Translations under genes and position numbers: made by a program | In this document: piece after piece, positions 37,810 through 46,198 of the stretch | How the letters are laid out: each line of letters starts with the position of its first letter | Position numbering within the stretch: the first letter of the stretch is position 1 | The notes under the pieces: model-generated | Told to the model about the DNA's origin: nothing | The model's database searches: none | What the model saw: the letters and a program-made list of their open reading frames with translations, nothing else | Origin: an uncultured Staphylococcaceae bacterium | Lineage (GTDB): Bacteria; Bacillota_I; Bacilli_A; RFN20; CAG-826 | DNA length: 64,000 nucleotides | Assembly (NCBI GenBank): GCA_964497235.1 | Contig: CAZCCJ010000001.1 | Span: forward strand, 67,910-131,909 | Direction of reading: 5' to 3'

Positions 37810-39486
37810 TTAGATTTCTAAGATGAGCGGCAAAACCATCGGTTCTTTGCCGGTTTGACGTCTGATCGCGTAAGCGCATTTCTCGTAAGCGCTTTGCCTC
37901 ACTTGCGATAAATTGAAGCCATTGCCCTTTAAGGAGGCATCTTGCAAAGTCGCCGTGAAGACCTTCGTTATCTCGCGAAGGACCGCTTCGGCGTCTTTCA
38001 TGATGAGAAGTCCCCTCATTTGGACGTCCGGGCCAGCGATTATCTGGTGCGTTTTCTTATCGATCGAACAAGCCAAAATCACGACTCCTTCGGATAATTT
38101 CTGGCGATCTTGCAAAACGAGGTCGCCGACGTCGCCGACGCCTGAGCCATCGATTAGGATATCGCCATGGGGAATTGATTCGTTGAGTATATGACCGCCC
38201 GTTTCGTCGAATAAGACGCTTAAGCCATTGTCGAGCAGGAAGATATTCGTGTGATTGAGCTTGCCTTTCATGCTGACGGCGACTTGGGCATTGGCCAACA
38301 GATCTTTGTAGAATCCTTTGATAGGAACGTAATATTTCGGATGCAAGACGGAGATCATCATCTTGATGTCCTCTTCGCTCGCATGCATCAAGAGGAATTC
38401 CTTCTTCGAAATGTTGATGACGGAGCAGCCGCTGCGATAAAGCTCATCAAGCGCGTCGGTCGCTTCGAGTTCCGTATTGTCGTCGCTTGGGGCGGCCAAG
38501 AAGAAAGTATCGCTTTCCTTTAGACGCACTGGGCGTCCGCCTTCGACTTGATTGGCGGCCAAAAGGGCGATTTTCCTATAGATTTTATCGGGATATCCAA
38601 GCAATAAGACGATGATGTCCTGATCGCGGTATCTATTGATGTCGTCGCTTGGGGCGAAGTTGTCGCGCGGGATCATTAGTTGCCCGGAGCGTTGCATTTC
38701 GCTAATGGTGTCGCTCGTTTCCTTGTCGTAAGGGATGATTTTCTTTCTGGTCGCCACGGCCAAGGATATCACCTCGTCTATGTTATAGAAATTCGGGGTC
38801 AATAAGGCTATGAATATCCTTCCCATCGCGTCTTTGAATTTATTCTCGATCAATGGGGTGAGCTTATAGTGCGGGGCGGTATAGCCGCTTCGCTTGGCGT
38901 AGACGCTTTCCATGAATAGGCAAAGGGTCTCTTCCTCCCCTAACTTCGATAAAGCGTTCATATCATGGAGATAATTCTTGTAGGCGTTATTCTCGATGAC
39001 GTAATCGCCTGGGAAAACGAGGTTCCCATAGGAAGAGGAAATCGCGATGCCGCTTGATAAGGCGGTGTTATGCGAGGTTTGGAAGAAAGTGATTTTCCTC
39101 GAGGCGACTTTGAAGGTGCTGCTAGGCAAGACGACATGGAAGTCGAATGATGAGCAATCGATGTCGACGTGATGGCAGAAGTTTTTGAACATCGCGAGGG
39201 TCACGGAACTGCCGTATATCGGAGCCGGGGCGGAGCTATATAGATACGCCAAGGCGCCTATCTCGTCATCGTGTCCATGAGGCAATAAGTAAGCGCGCAC
39301 CTTGCTTTTATGGTCTTTGAGATAAGAGAAATCTGGAATGACGTAATCGACGCCGGGCTGCGTTTTATCCGGCCTTTTGACGCCACATCCAACTACGAAT
39401 ATATCGCCGTCTATCTCGACGACGTAGCAATTCTTTCCTATCTCATCAAGCCCGCCGAGGGCAAATACGCGGATTCTTTCGTTCAT
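37810..39486 (-). CDS. rnj: Ribonuclease J
   Basis: Has an MBL/beta-CASP architecture (LPHGHDDEIGAL). The start is set at MNERIRVFALGG (39486), which has an AGGAG upstream. Confidence 0.9.
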   Translation of the reverse strand: MNERIRVFALGGLDEIGKNCYVVEIDGDIFVVGCGVKRPDKTQPGVDYVIPDFSYLKDHKSKVRAYLLPHGHDDEIGALAYLYSSAPAPIYGSSVTLAMFKNFCHHVDIDCSSFDFHVVLPSSTFKVASRKITFFQTSHNTALSSGIAISSSYGNLVFPGDYVIENNAYKNYLHDMNALSKLGEEETLCLFMESVYAKRSGYTAPHYKLTPLIENKFKDAMGRIFIALLTPNFYNIDEVISLAVATRKKIIPYDKETSDTISEMQRSGQLMIPRDNFAPSDDINRYRDQDIIVLLLGYPDKIYRKIALLAANQVEGGRPVRLKESDTFFLAAPSDDNTELEATDALDELYRSGCSVINISKKEFLLMHASEEDIKMMISVLHPKYYVPIKGFYKDLLANAQVAVSMKGKLNHTNIFLLDNGLSVLFDETGGHILNESIPHGDILIDGSGVGDVGDLVLQDRQKLSEGVVILACSIDKKTHQIIAGPDVQMRGLLIMKDAEAVLREITKVFTATLQDASLKGNGFNLSQVRQSAYEKCAYAIRRQTGKEPMVLPLILEI

Positions 39487-39558
39487 ATAAACTCCTAATT
39501 TCAAACATTATAAAACGGACGGCGGATATTTTAAACGCTTTGGAAGCGTTTTCCTCCC

Positions 39559-40098
39559 TTATGGGAGAAGATCCTTTTCGAGCGTGTTCCCGCTTTCGAG
39601 TTCCTTTAATTTCAATTCCCCTTCTTCGAGGGTCATATAAGTTCTTGGATTTTCATTTTTCGGAAAGCCGATGGAACCGGGGTTGATTTCGTAATGTCCA
39701 CTGCTTTTGACGCCATGGGAATAGATATGCGTATGACCGTAAACGACGATATCGCTCGATTTGATCTCCAAATCGTCATAAACATCGCCATGAAGCAAAA
39801 CGAATTCCCTTCCGAATGCCGTCTTTCGGATATATAACGGCATTTCCTTGCCTAGAAGCATCATATCGACGCGACTATCGCAATTGCCGCACACGATCGA
39901 AGTTTTGTCGATTAGCGGGAGCAACATCTTCGAGACTTCCATTGGCTCATAGTCGCTAGGTACGCCATTTCGGGGCCCGTTATACATGATGTCGCCGAGC
40001 AACCATATTTCGTCAGGTTTCTCGGCTTCTATCCGACGTAACAAAGCTCGACAGGCGTCTTTTCTGCCATGTATGTCGCTCGCTATCAATATCTTCAT
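39559..40098 (-). CDS. yfcE: Phosphodiesterase YfcE
   Basis: 179 aa. It is collinear with E. coli YfcE by motif order: ASDIHG, LGDI..NGPRN, GNCDS, GHTH and NPGS. Confidence 0.8.
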   Translation of the reverse strand: MKILIASDIHGRKDACRALLRRIEAEKPDEIWLLGDIMYNGPRNGVPSDYEPMEVSKMLLPLIDKTSIVCGNCDSRVDMMLLGKEMPLYIRKTAFGREFVLLHGDVYDDLEIKSSDIVVYGHTHIYSHGVKSSGHYEINPGSIGFPKNENPRTYMTLEEGELKLKELESGNTLEKDLLP

Positions 40099-40451
40099 TT
40101 CTCTTCCTTCGCGATTTCCGCGGTCGAGATCAAAGGGACGCCGGTTCCGGCGATGTCATCGATTATCGTTTGGCCCATTGCAATCGGAGCGGTCCTTGTC
40201 ACCGAATTTATTTCCTCCATCGCCTCTTTGATTTTTCCTTTCGGAATCGGTTCCTTCGTTTTGACGGGGCAAAGAGGCAAAGAAGCGCCATTCACCTTTA
40301 TCGTCGAAGTCAATGTCCGCACCGGATTATTGACTTCTTGTGCGCCGTATTTGGCTCCGCGCGGGCAAAAATTGCCTGTCACGCTTAAATCGTCGTCGAC
40401 ATGGAGATGGCAACCGCGTGGGCAGCATATGCAGATCAAATCTCTTGCCAT
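40095..40451 (-). CDS. DUF1667 domain protein (third subunit of the FAD-oxidoreductase cluster)
   Basis: 118 aa, with ICICCPRGCHL...GNFCPRGAKYGAQEVNNPVRTLTST, the typical DUF1667 Cys pattern. Confidence 0.8.
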   Translation of the reverse strand: MARDLICICCPRGCHLHVDDDLSVTGNFCPRGAKYGAQEVNNPVRTLTSTIKVNGASLPLCPVKTKEPIPKGKIKEAMEEINSVTRTAPIAMGQTIIDDIAGTGVPLISTAEIAKEEK

Positions 40452-40452
40452 G

Positions 40453-41712
40453 TTATTCTCCTTTCCTCTCGATATAGACCGTTATTTCATCGCCATCCGG
40501 AGCGAAAGAAGACGAAGGCAACGTCATCGTTTCCATCTCGCTTGGGATGATATACGGCTTATAGAACTTCTTGATTTCCTTTTCGCCTTGCTTGAAGACG
40601 ACGTAAACGTTCTTTAACGGCTCCCTGACGCGGAACTTGAAATCGATTTTCCGCTCGCTTTGGCCTAGATGCAGATAGCTAGGCACGACGTATCCGATGC
40701 CGGAACCCGCTTTGACGGGTGTCACCTTCACGTTCTCCGATTGGCCTTTGCCATTGATATAGTCGGCGATGGCCTTTCCAGCTTTCCTAGCTTCCATCAC
40801 GACATTATCGGCGAGGTCATGCACATGCAAGACGTTCCCAGCGCTATAGATGCCATCAATCGAGGTCATGTAGTTTTCATCGACCGCGGCGCCTCTTGAC
40901 ATGCCTTTCGTCACCCCGATGTTGTCTAACAGAGTGTTATTCGGAATCAAGCCGATGCTAAGGATCAAGGTATCGCATTCGATTATCTTTTCGGTTCCCT
41001 TGATTGGGCGTTTGTTCGCGTCGACTTTCGAAAGCTCGATGGCTTCTAATCTATTTTTGCCGATTGCCTTCGTGACCGTGTGAGAAAGGTATAAAGGGAT
41101 TCCGAAATCGTCGAGGCATTGGACGACGTTTCGATTCAAGCCGTTGCTATAGGGGCAAAGTTCTGCGACGCCAAGGACTTTCGCGCCTTCTAGCGTCAAA
41201 CGCCTAGCCATGATGAGGCCGATGTCCCCGCTTCCTAAGATGAATATCCTTTTGCCTGGCAAATACCCCTGCCGATTGAGCAATAGCTGCGCCACGCCGG
41301 CGTTCATTATGCCGCTTGGCCTATCGCCCGGCAGAGCGATCGCGCCAGCGCTTCTTTCGTAACAACCCGCGGCGAAGAGAATGGCTTTCGCTTTCACTTT
41401 ATGAAAGCCTTCTTCGTTCGAATAGGAGACCACTTTGTCTTTCGTTATGTTCGTCACGTAGGTGTTGCAAAGACATTTGATGTTTCGCTTTTCCGCTTCT
41501 TTCTCAAAACGATAGGCGAATTCCGGACCCGTTAGTTCCTCTTTGAACTCGCCAAGGCCGAAGCCATTGTGTATGCATTGATTGAGGATTCCGCCAAGCG
41601 ATTCATTCCTTTCGATGACCAAAATGTCCTTGACGCCGTTATCGAATGCGCTCACGGCGCCGGCTAAACCGGCGGAACCGCCGCCGACCACCACCAATTC
41701 GACTTCTTTCAT
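40453..41712 (-). CDS. FAD/NAD(P)-binding pyridine-nucleotide-disulfide-type oxidoreductase
   Basis: Two Rossmann motifs are present (VVVGGGSAGLAG; ILGSGDIGLIMARRL). The start is set at MKEVELVVVGGG (41712), which shares an ATGA overlap with the upstream gene. Confidence 0.85.
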   Translation of the reverse strand: MKEVELVVVGGGSAGLAGAVSAFDNGVKDILVIERNESLGGILNQCIHNGFGLGEFKEELTGPEFAYRFEKEAEKRNIKCLCNTYVTNITKDKVVSYSNEEGFHKVKAKAILFAAGCYERSAGAIALPGDRPSGIMNAGVAQLLLNRQGYLPGKRIFILGSGDIGLIMARRLTLEGAKVLGVAELCPYSNGLNRNVVQCLDDFGIPLYLSHTVTKAIGKNRLEAIELSKVDANKRPIKGTEKIIECDTLILSIGLIPNNTLLDNIGVTKGMSRGAAVDENYMTSIDGIYSAGNVLHVHDLADNVVMEARKAGKAIADYINGKGQSENVKVTPVKAGSGIGYVVPSYLHLGQSERKIDFKFRVREPLKNVYVVFKQGEKEIKKFYKPYIIPSEMETMTLPSSSFAPDGDEITVYIERKGE

Positions 41713-43151
41713 CGTTTCTCCCCCTTCGACACTTTCATAAGGACGACTGGCGAATTGGCTTTCCCATATTCCACCTTCGAGAGGTCCCCGCCTTCTTTTT
41801 CGGCTAACATTGCGAGGACTTTGGCCATGCAAAAGCCTCCTTGGCACTTCCCAAAGCCGGCCCTCGTCCTCTTTTTGACGGCTTTGACGGTTAGGCAAGG
41901 GACGCTACGGGATATCGCTTCTTTTATCTCTCCTAGCGAGACTTGCTCGCAATCGCAGATGATATGGCCATACTCCGGATGACGTTTGATGAATTCGTTT
42001 CTTTCTTCCTCTGACATTTCCTTAGGATGGCTATAAGGCTTGATATACGGCGTATAATCGGCATTTTTTTCTGGATTTAGATGTTTGACGACGTATTCCT
42101 CGACTAGATATTCCCCGATCGCGGGCGAGCTTACAAGCCCTGGCGATTCGATTCCGGCGGCGTTAATGAAGGAGGGATCGCCATTAGAAGGCCCCAAAAT
42201 GAAATCATGGGTCGATGGTGTCGCTCTTAGGCCGCTATAGACGCGGATGCTTTGGCCAAATGGGATTGACGGGACTAGGCGCATCGCCTGCTCCTTGACT
42301 TTCGACAAAGTCGGTGCATCGGTCGATAGATCCTCCTTATCTGGCGTCTCTTCGCTGCTTGGCCCGACTAGATAGTTGCCGCTTGTCGTCATGGTGACTA
42401 GCACCCCTTTGCCCTTTTCGGATGGAAGAGAGAAAAGAACATGATTCACCAATCCTTTTGCGTAATGATTAAGGACGTAATATTCGCCTTTTCTCGGTTT
42501 TATTTTCCAATCGATTTCGCCAGCCATCCTCGCTATATCGTCGGAATGGACGCCAGAGGCGTTTATGACGACCTTCGCCTCATATTCGCCTTTCGACGTT
42601 TCTATTCTCCAATACTCGTTTTCCTTAGCCAATGACGTCACTTCTTCTCCCAAATGGAGCTTGACTCCATTATCGACGGCGTTTTCTAACGCGTGGATGG
42701 CTAACAAAAATGGGTTGACGATTCCACCCTCTTCGCATAGTAAAGCCGCTTTCGCTTCTTTATTTACGTTCGGCTCCATCGCGAAAAGCTCGTTTTGATC
42801 CACGATTCTCGCTAGAACCCCGTTTTGCTTCGCTCTATCTTCCAGTTCTTTCAGCCGCTTTATTTCCTCATCGTTGAAAGCGATCGTCAAAGTCCCGCAT
42901 TTTTCGTATGGGACGTCTAACTCTTTGCAGACTTTAGGCATCATTTTGTTGCCGGCGACGTTCATCTTCGCTTTCAAAGTGCCAGGCACTGGATCATAAC
43001 CGCTATGGGAGATGGCGCTATTGGCCATTGTCGTCTCATCGGCGGCATCCAAATCCTTTTCAAGCACCAAGACATCGATTTTGTAGCGTGAGAGATTCCT
43101 GGCCACGAAAGAGCCGACGGCCCCAGCCCCTATGATAACTACGTCGTACAT
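41709..43151 (-). CDS. FAD-dependent glycerol-3-phosphate dehydrogenase/oxidase-like protein with a BFD-like [2Fe-2S] domain
   Basis: Has a DAO-family N-terminus (YDVVIIGAGAVGSFVARNL) and the C-terminal motif CDCEQVSLGEIKEAI...CQGGFC. The start is set at the ATG at 43151, which has a GGAGG upstream. Confidence 0.8.
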   Translation of the reverse strand: MYDVVIIGAGAVGSFVARNLSRYKIDVLVLEKDLDAADETTMANSAISHSGYDPVPGTLKAKMNVAGNKMMPKVCKELDVPYEKCGTLTIAFNDEEIKRLKELEDRAKQNGVLARIVDQNELFAMEPNVNKEAKAALLCEEGGIVNPFLLAIHALENAVDNGVKLHLGEEVTSLAKENEYWRIETSKGEYEAKVVINASGVHSDDIARMAGEIDWKIKPRKGEYYVLNHYAKGLVNHVLFSLPSEKGKGVLVTMTTSGNYLVGPSSEETPDKEDLSTDAPTLSKVKEQAMRLVPSIPFGQSIRVYSGLRATPSTHDFILGPSNGDPSFINAAGIESPGLVSSPAIGEYLVEEYVVKHLNPEKNADYTPYIKPYSHPKEMSEEERNEFIKRHPEYGHIICDCEQVSLGEIKEAISRSVPCLTVKAVKKRTRAGFGKCQGGFCMAKVLAMLAEKEGGDLSKVEYGKANSPVVLMKVSKGEKR

Positions 43152-43238
43152 ATTCTCTAGACCTCCGAAGATCAACGAAAAGATAGTGTTGTTCTATAAA
43201 ATCTCTTCGTTTCTTTGTGAATCATTTTCGATAGGTAA

Positions 43239-43267
43239 ATCATATTTCAACGCCTATGGCGTTTCAA
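43239..43267 (-). promoter_or_regulatory. Candidate promoter of the FAD-oxidoreductase operon, with a palindrome in the spacer
   Basis: On the minus strand: TTGAAA, a 17-nt spacer, then TATGAT. The spacer contains the palindrome AACGCC-ATA-GGCGTT. Confidence 0.4.
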
Positions 43268-43277
43268 GTTCGTTTCG

Positions 43278-43304
43278 AAAAAAAGAGCCCAGTCGCCTGG
43301 GCTC
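43278..43304 (-). terminator. Rho-independent terminator of pnp
   Basis: On the minus strand: GAGCCCAG-GCGA-CTGGGCTC (8-bp stem) followed by TTTTTTT. Confidence 0.88.
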
Positions 43305-43317
43305 ATCTTGGCATTTA

Positions 43318-45573
43318 TTAATGGCGGTTGCCTTTGTTTCCGCCGTGCTGATGGCCGTTATCGCCATAACGCGATCCGCCATGGCGTTGCCCATGGAAGG
43401 AGGAACCGCGATTAGCTGGGCGCTCTGGCGCTTCGACGTAATCGGCCGGCTTTTCCTCGAATTCGCGGTGCGAAAGCTTGATTTTGCCTTCTTCAAGCCC
43501 GATGACGACGACTTTGAGGGTGTCGCCGACTTTGATGACGTTAGTCGCGTCGTCGACGTATTTCCAAGCCAAGCGCGAAACGTGGCAAAGGCCGTCGGTG
43601 TCGCCGAAGAGGTTCACGAAGGCGCCGTAATTCTCGACGCGGGTGACTTTCCCTTCGAAGATCTCCCCTATTTTGGCTTCGCGGACGATGTCATCGATTC
43701 TCGCTTTCGCCTTCTCAATCATCGCTTTGCTAGTGTGATAGATCGTGACTCTGCCATCGTCTTCGACGTCGATCTTGACGTTATCGCAGGTAGCGATGAT
43801 GTCGTTGATGACTTTGCCGCCGGTGCCGATGACTTCTCTGATCTTATCCGGATCGATGGAGAAGGTGACCATCTTCGGAGCGTATTCGCTCACTTCCTCG
43901 CGTGGAGCTGGGATGGCAGCTTCCATCACGTCGCGGATTTCGGCGCGGGCTTTCTTGGCTTGGGCGAGGGCTTCGCTAAGGACCTCACGGGTGACGCCAT
44001 GGATCTTGATGTCCATTTGAAGGGCGGTGATGCCGAGTTTCGTTCCTGCGCACTTGAAGTCCATGTCACCGAAGTGGTCTTCGAGGCCTTGGATGTCGGT
44101 GAGGATCGTGTAATGGTTGGTTTCTTTGTCAGGGCTTCTCGACGGATCGTTGGTGATGAGTCCCATGGCGATTCCGCTTACGACGTTCTTGATCGGGACG
44201 CCGGCCGCCATAAGGGACATGCAACTGGCGCAGATCGAAGCTTGGGAGCTTGAGCCATTGCTTTCGACGACGTCGGCCACGCAACGGATGGTGTATGGGA
44301 AGGTGTTGATGTCAGGGATGACGTATGAAAGCGCGCGCTCTCCTAATGCGCCATGGCCGATTTCGCGACGCCCTGGCGTCCCCATCCTTCCGATTTCGCC
44401 GACGGAATATGGCGGGAAGTTATATTGGTGCATGAAGTGCTTTTCGCCTTCGCAGGTGATGCCATCGATTATTTGAGCATCGCTTAGAGGACCAAGGGTC
44501 GTCGTCGAGATGACTTGGGTTTGGCCACGCGTGAACATCGCCGAGCCATGCGCTCTTGGCAACAAATCGACTTGGGCGTCGAGAGGACGGATTTCGTCGA
44601 CTTTACGGCCATCTGGACGAATCTTTTCCTCGATGATCAAGGTGCGGACGACGTGGGCGACCATTCCTTCGAGGATGCCTTCGACCATCATCATCTTTTC
44701 GCTATGCGTCTTTTCGTCTTCGTCTTTGATCGCATCGTATTCATCGAGTATTTTCTTCTTCAAAGCGTCGACGGCGTCTTGTCTTTCGAGCTTGTCGAAG
44801 ATGCGGACGGCTTTCTCTAAATCGGCCCCGATTTCATCGTTGATATGTTGTTTCATCGACTCATCTGGGGTGAAGAGGGTGATTTCACGCTTCGCTTTTC
44901 CTGCCGCTTTGATGATCTCTTCTTCGAAAGCGCATAATTTCTTGATGGCCTCATGTCCGAACATGATGGCATCGAGCATCTCTTCTTCAGGAACTTCGGC
45001 AGCGCCAGCTTCGACCATCATGATGGCCTCTTTGGTTCCGGCGACGGTCAAATTGATGTCGCTCTTGGCTTTTTCCTCTTCCGTCGGATCGATGATCATC
45101 TTGCCATCGACGCGTCCGACGACGACGCCGGCGACTGGCCCATCGAATGGGATGTCGCTGATGCATAAGGCCAAAGAAGCGCCAAACATCGCGGCCATCT
45201 CTGGGCTATTGTTCTTATCGCAGCTCATGACGGTGCTCACGATTTGGACTTCGTTTCTGAATCCTTCGGCGAATAATGGGCGGATCGGGCGGTCGATCAA
45301 GCGGGCCGATAGGGTCTGATGATCGTCCGGGCGGCCTTCGCGACGAAGGAAGCTCTGCGGGATTTTTCCAGCCGCGTATTGCTTCTCAATGTAGTTGACG
45401 GTGAGAGGGAAGAAATCCCCTCCTTTCGGCTCATCGGCGCAGCAGGCGGTGTTTAAAACCACGGTGTCGCCGAAGCGGACTAAGACCGCGCCATCGGCTT
45501 GTTTGGCGATTTCGCCGGTTTCGACTTTGAGCGTTCTTCCCTCAAAATCGAGTTCGAATGTTTGTTTACTCAT
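43318..45573 (-). CDS. pnp: Polyribonucleotide nucleotidyltransferase (PNPase)
   Basis: 751 aa, with two RNase PH domains, KH (GTGGKVINDI) and S1 (GKVTRVENYGAFV). A roughly 45-aa G/H/R/N-rich C-terminal tail follows. Confidence 0.97.
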   Translation of the reverse strand: MSKQTFELDFEGRTLKVETGEIAKQADGAVLVRFGDTVVLNTACCADEPKGGDFFPLTVNYIEKQYAAGKIPQSFLRREGRPDDHQTLSARLIDRPIRPLFAEGFRNEVQIVSTVMSCDKNNSPEMAAMFGASLALCISDIPFDGPVAGVVVGRVDGKMIIDPTEEEKAKSDINLTVAGTKEAIMMVEAGAAEVPEEEMLDAIMFGHEAIKKLCAFEEEIIKAAGKAKREITLFTPDESMKQHINDEIGADLEKAVRIFDKLERQDAVDALKKKILDEYDAIKDEDEKTHSEKMMMVEGILEGMVAHVVRTLIIEEKIRPDGRKVDEIRPLDAQVDLLPRAHGSAMFTRGQTQVISTTTLGPLSDAQIIDGITCEGEKHFMHQYNFPPYSVGEIGRMGTPGRREIGHGALGERALSYVIPDINTFPYTIRCVADVVESNGSSSQASICASCMSLMAAGVPIKNVVSGIAMGLITNDPSRSPDKETNHYTILTDIQGLEDHFGDMDFKCAGTKLGITALQMDIKIHGVTREVLSEALAQAKKARAEIRDVMEAAIPAPREEVSEYAPKMVTFSIDPDKIREVIGTGGKVINDIIATCDNVKIDVEDDGRVTIYHTSKAMIEKAKARIDDIVREAKIGEIFEGKVTRVENYGAFVNLFGDTDGLCHVSRLAWKYVDDATNVIKVGDTLKVVVIGLEEGKIKLSHREFEEKPADYVEAPERPANRGSSFHGQRHGGSRYGDNGHQHGGNKGNRH

Positions 45574-45643
45574 TTTCTCTTTTTCCTTTTTTATAACGCC
45601 GATAATCTTAGCATGAAACTTGGGATGTTGTTATAAGAAGAAG

Positions 45644-45667
45644 AAAAAAAGCTCCCATTTGGGAGCC
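45644..45667 (-). terminator. Terminator/attenuator between rpsO and pnp
   Basis: On the minus strand: GCTCCC-AAAT-GGGAGC followed by TTTTTTT, 18 nt after the rpsO stop. Confidence 0.8.
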
Positions 45668-45684
45668 TTTGGTTCGGACTATGC

Positions 45685-45951
45685 TTATTTCCTTAATGAC
45701 AAGGAAGCGATGAGCTTTTCGTAAGCCGCGTGGTCGTTCTTTGCCAAGTAAGCGAGTAAAGCGTGCCTTTTGCCGACGAGTTCCATCAAGGAACGCTTGG
45801 CAACCGCATCGCCGTGATTGGCTTTGAGGTGGGCGGTCAAATCGCTGATTCTCTTCGTTAAGATGGCGACTTGGACCTCGGTGCAACCGGTGTCTTTGGC
45901 ATTTTTGCCGTACTTTTGAACGATGACGTTCTTCTCTTCTTTGTTGAGCAT
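45685..45951 (-). CDS. rpsO: 30S ribosomal protein S15
   Basis: 88 aa, with GCTEVQVAILTKRISDLTAHLK..HGD, a typical S15. Confidence 0.96.
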   Translation of the reverse strand: MLNKEEKNVIVQKYGKNAKDTGCTEVQVAILTKRISDLTAHLKANHGDAVAKRSLMELVGKRHALLAYLAKNDHAAYEKLIASLSLRK

Positions 45952-46035
45952 TCTTTTTTCTCCTTTATTTAGCTCTTAGCGATATCAAAGCCAGGTCCTG
46001 GAGAAAGGGCAAGACAATGACATGCCGCAACGGAA

Positions 46036-46064
46036 AATATATAGGCCTATCGCCCTTCTTGCAA
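46036..46064 (-). promoter_or_regulatory. Candidate rpsO promoter
   Basis: On the minus strand: TTGCAA (inside the 14-nt palindrome CTTCTTGCAAGAAG), a 17-nt spacer, then TATATT. This gives a leader of about 80 nt. Confidence 0.4.
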
Positions 46065-46136
46065 GAAGAAAATGATCGTTTAAGCCGAATTTCGGTCGAT
46101 ATAGCGGAGAAAGTATCCGCTTTCAGATGATTTTCG

Positions 46137-46165
46137 TTGCGCTTATGGGCGCACGCGCCTAAAAT
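46137..46165 (+). promoter_or_regulatory. Candidate typA promoter
   Basis: TTGCGC, a 17-nt spacer, then TAAAAT, followed by AGGAGG 9 nt before the ATG at 46199. Confidence 0.5.
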
Positions 46166-46198
46166 TTCGCCGTGCCGTTTGGCAGGAGGCTTTTCTTT

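Noticed and set aside
43245-43261. A possible catabolite-responsive element (cre) in the FAD-oxidoreductase promoter (TTGAAACGCCATAGGCGTT).
   Set aside because: It does not fit WTGNAANCGNWNNCW without an indel. It is kept only as an unexplained AACGCC-ATA-GGCGTT palindrome in the promoter feature.
43132-44253. A 373-aa ORF on the plus strand, plus further long plus-strand ORFs at 44510-45319 and 44117-44476.
   Set aside because: All lie antisense to the strongly conserved pnp gene. Their translations are low-complexity (D/A/V/G-rich) with no motifs. This is a typical shadow-ORF artefact of a moderately GC-rich coding region.
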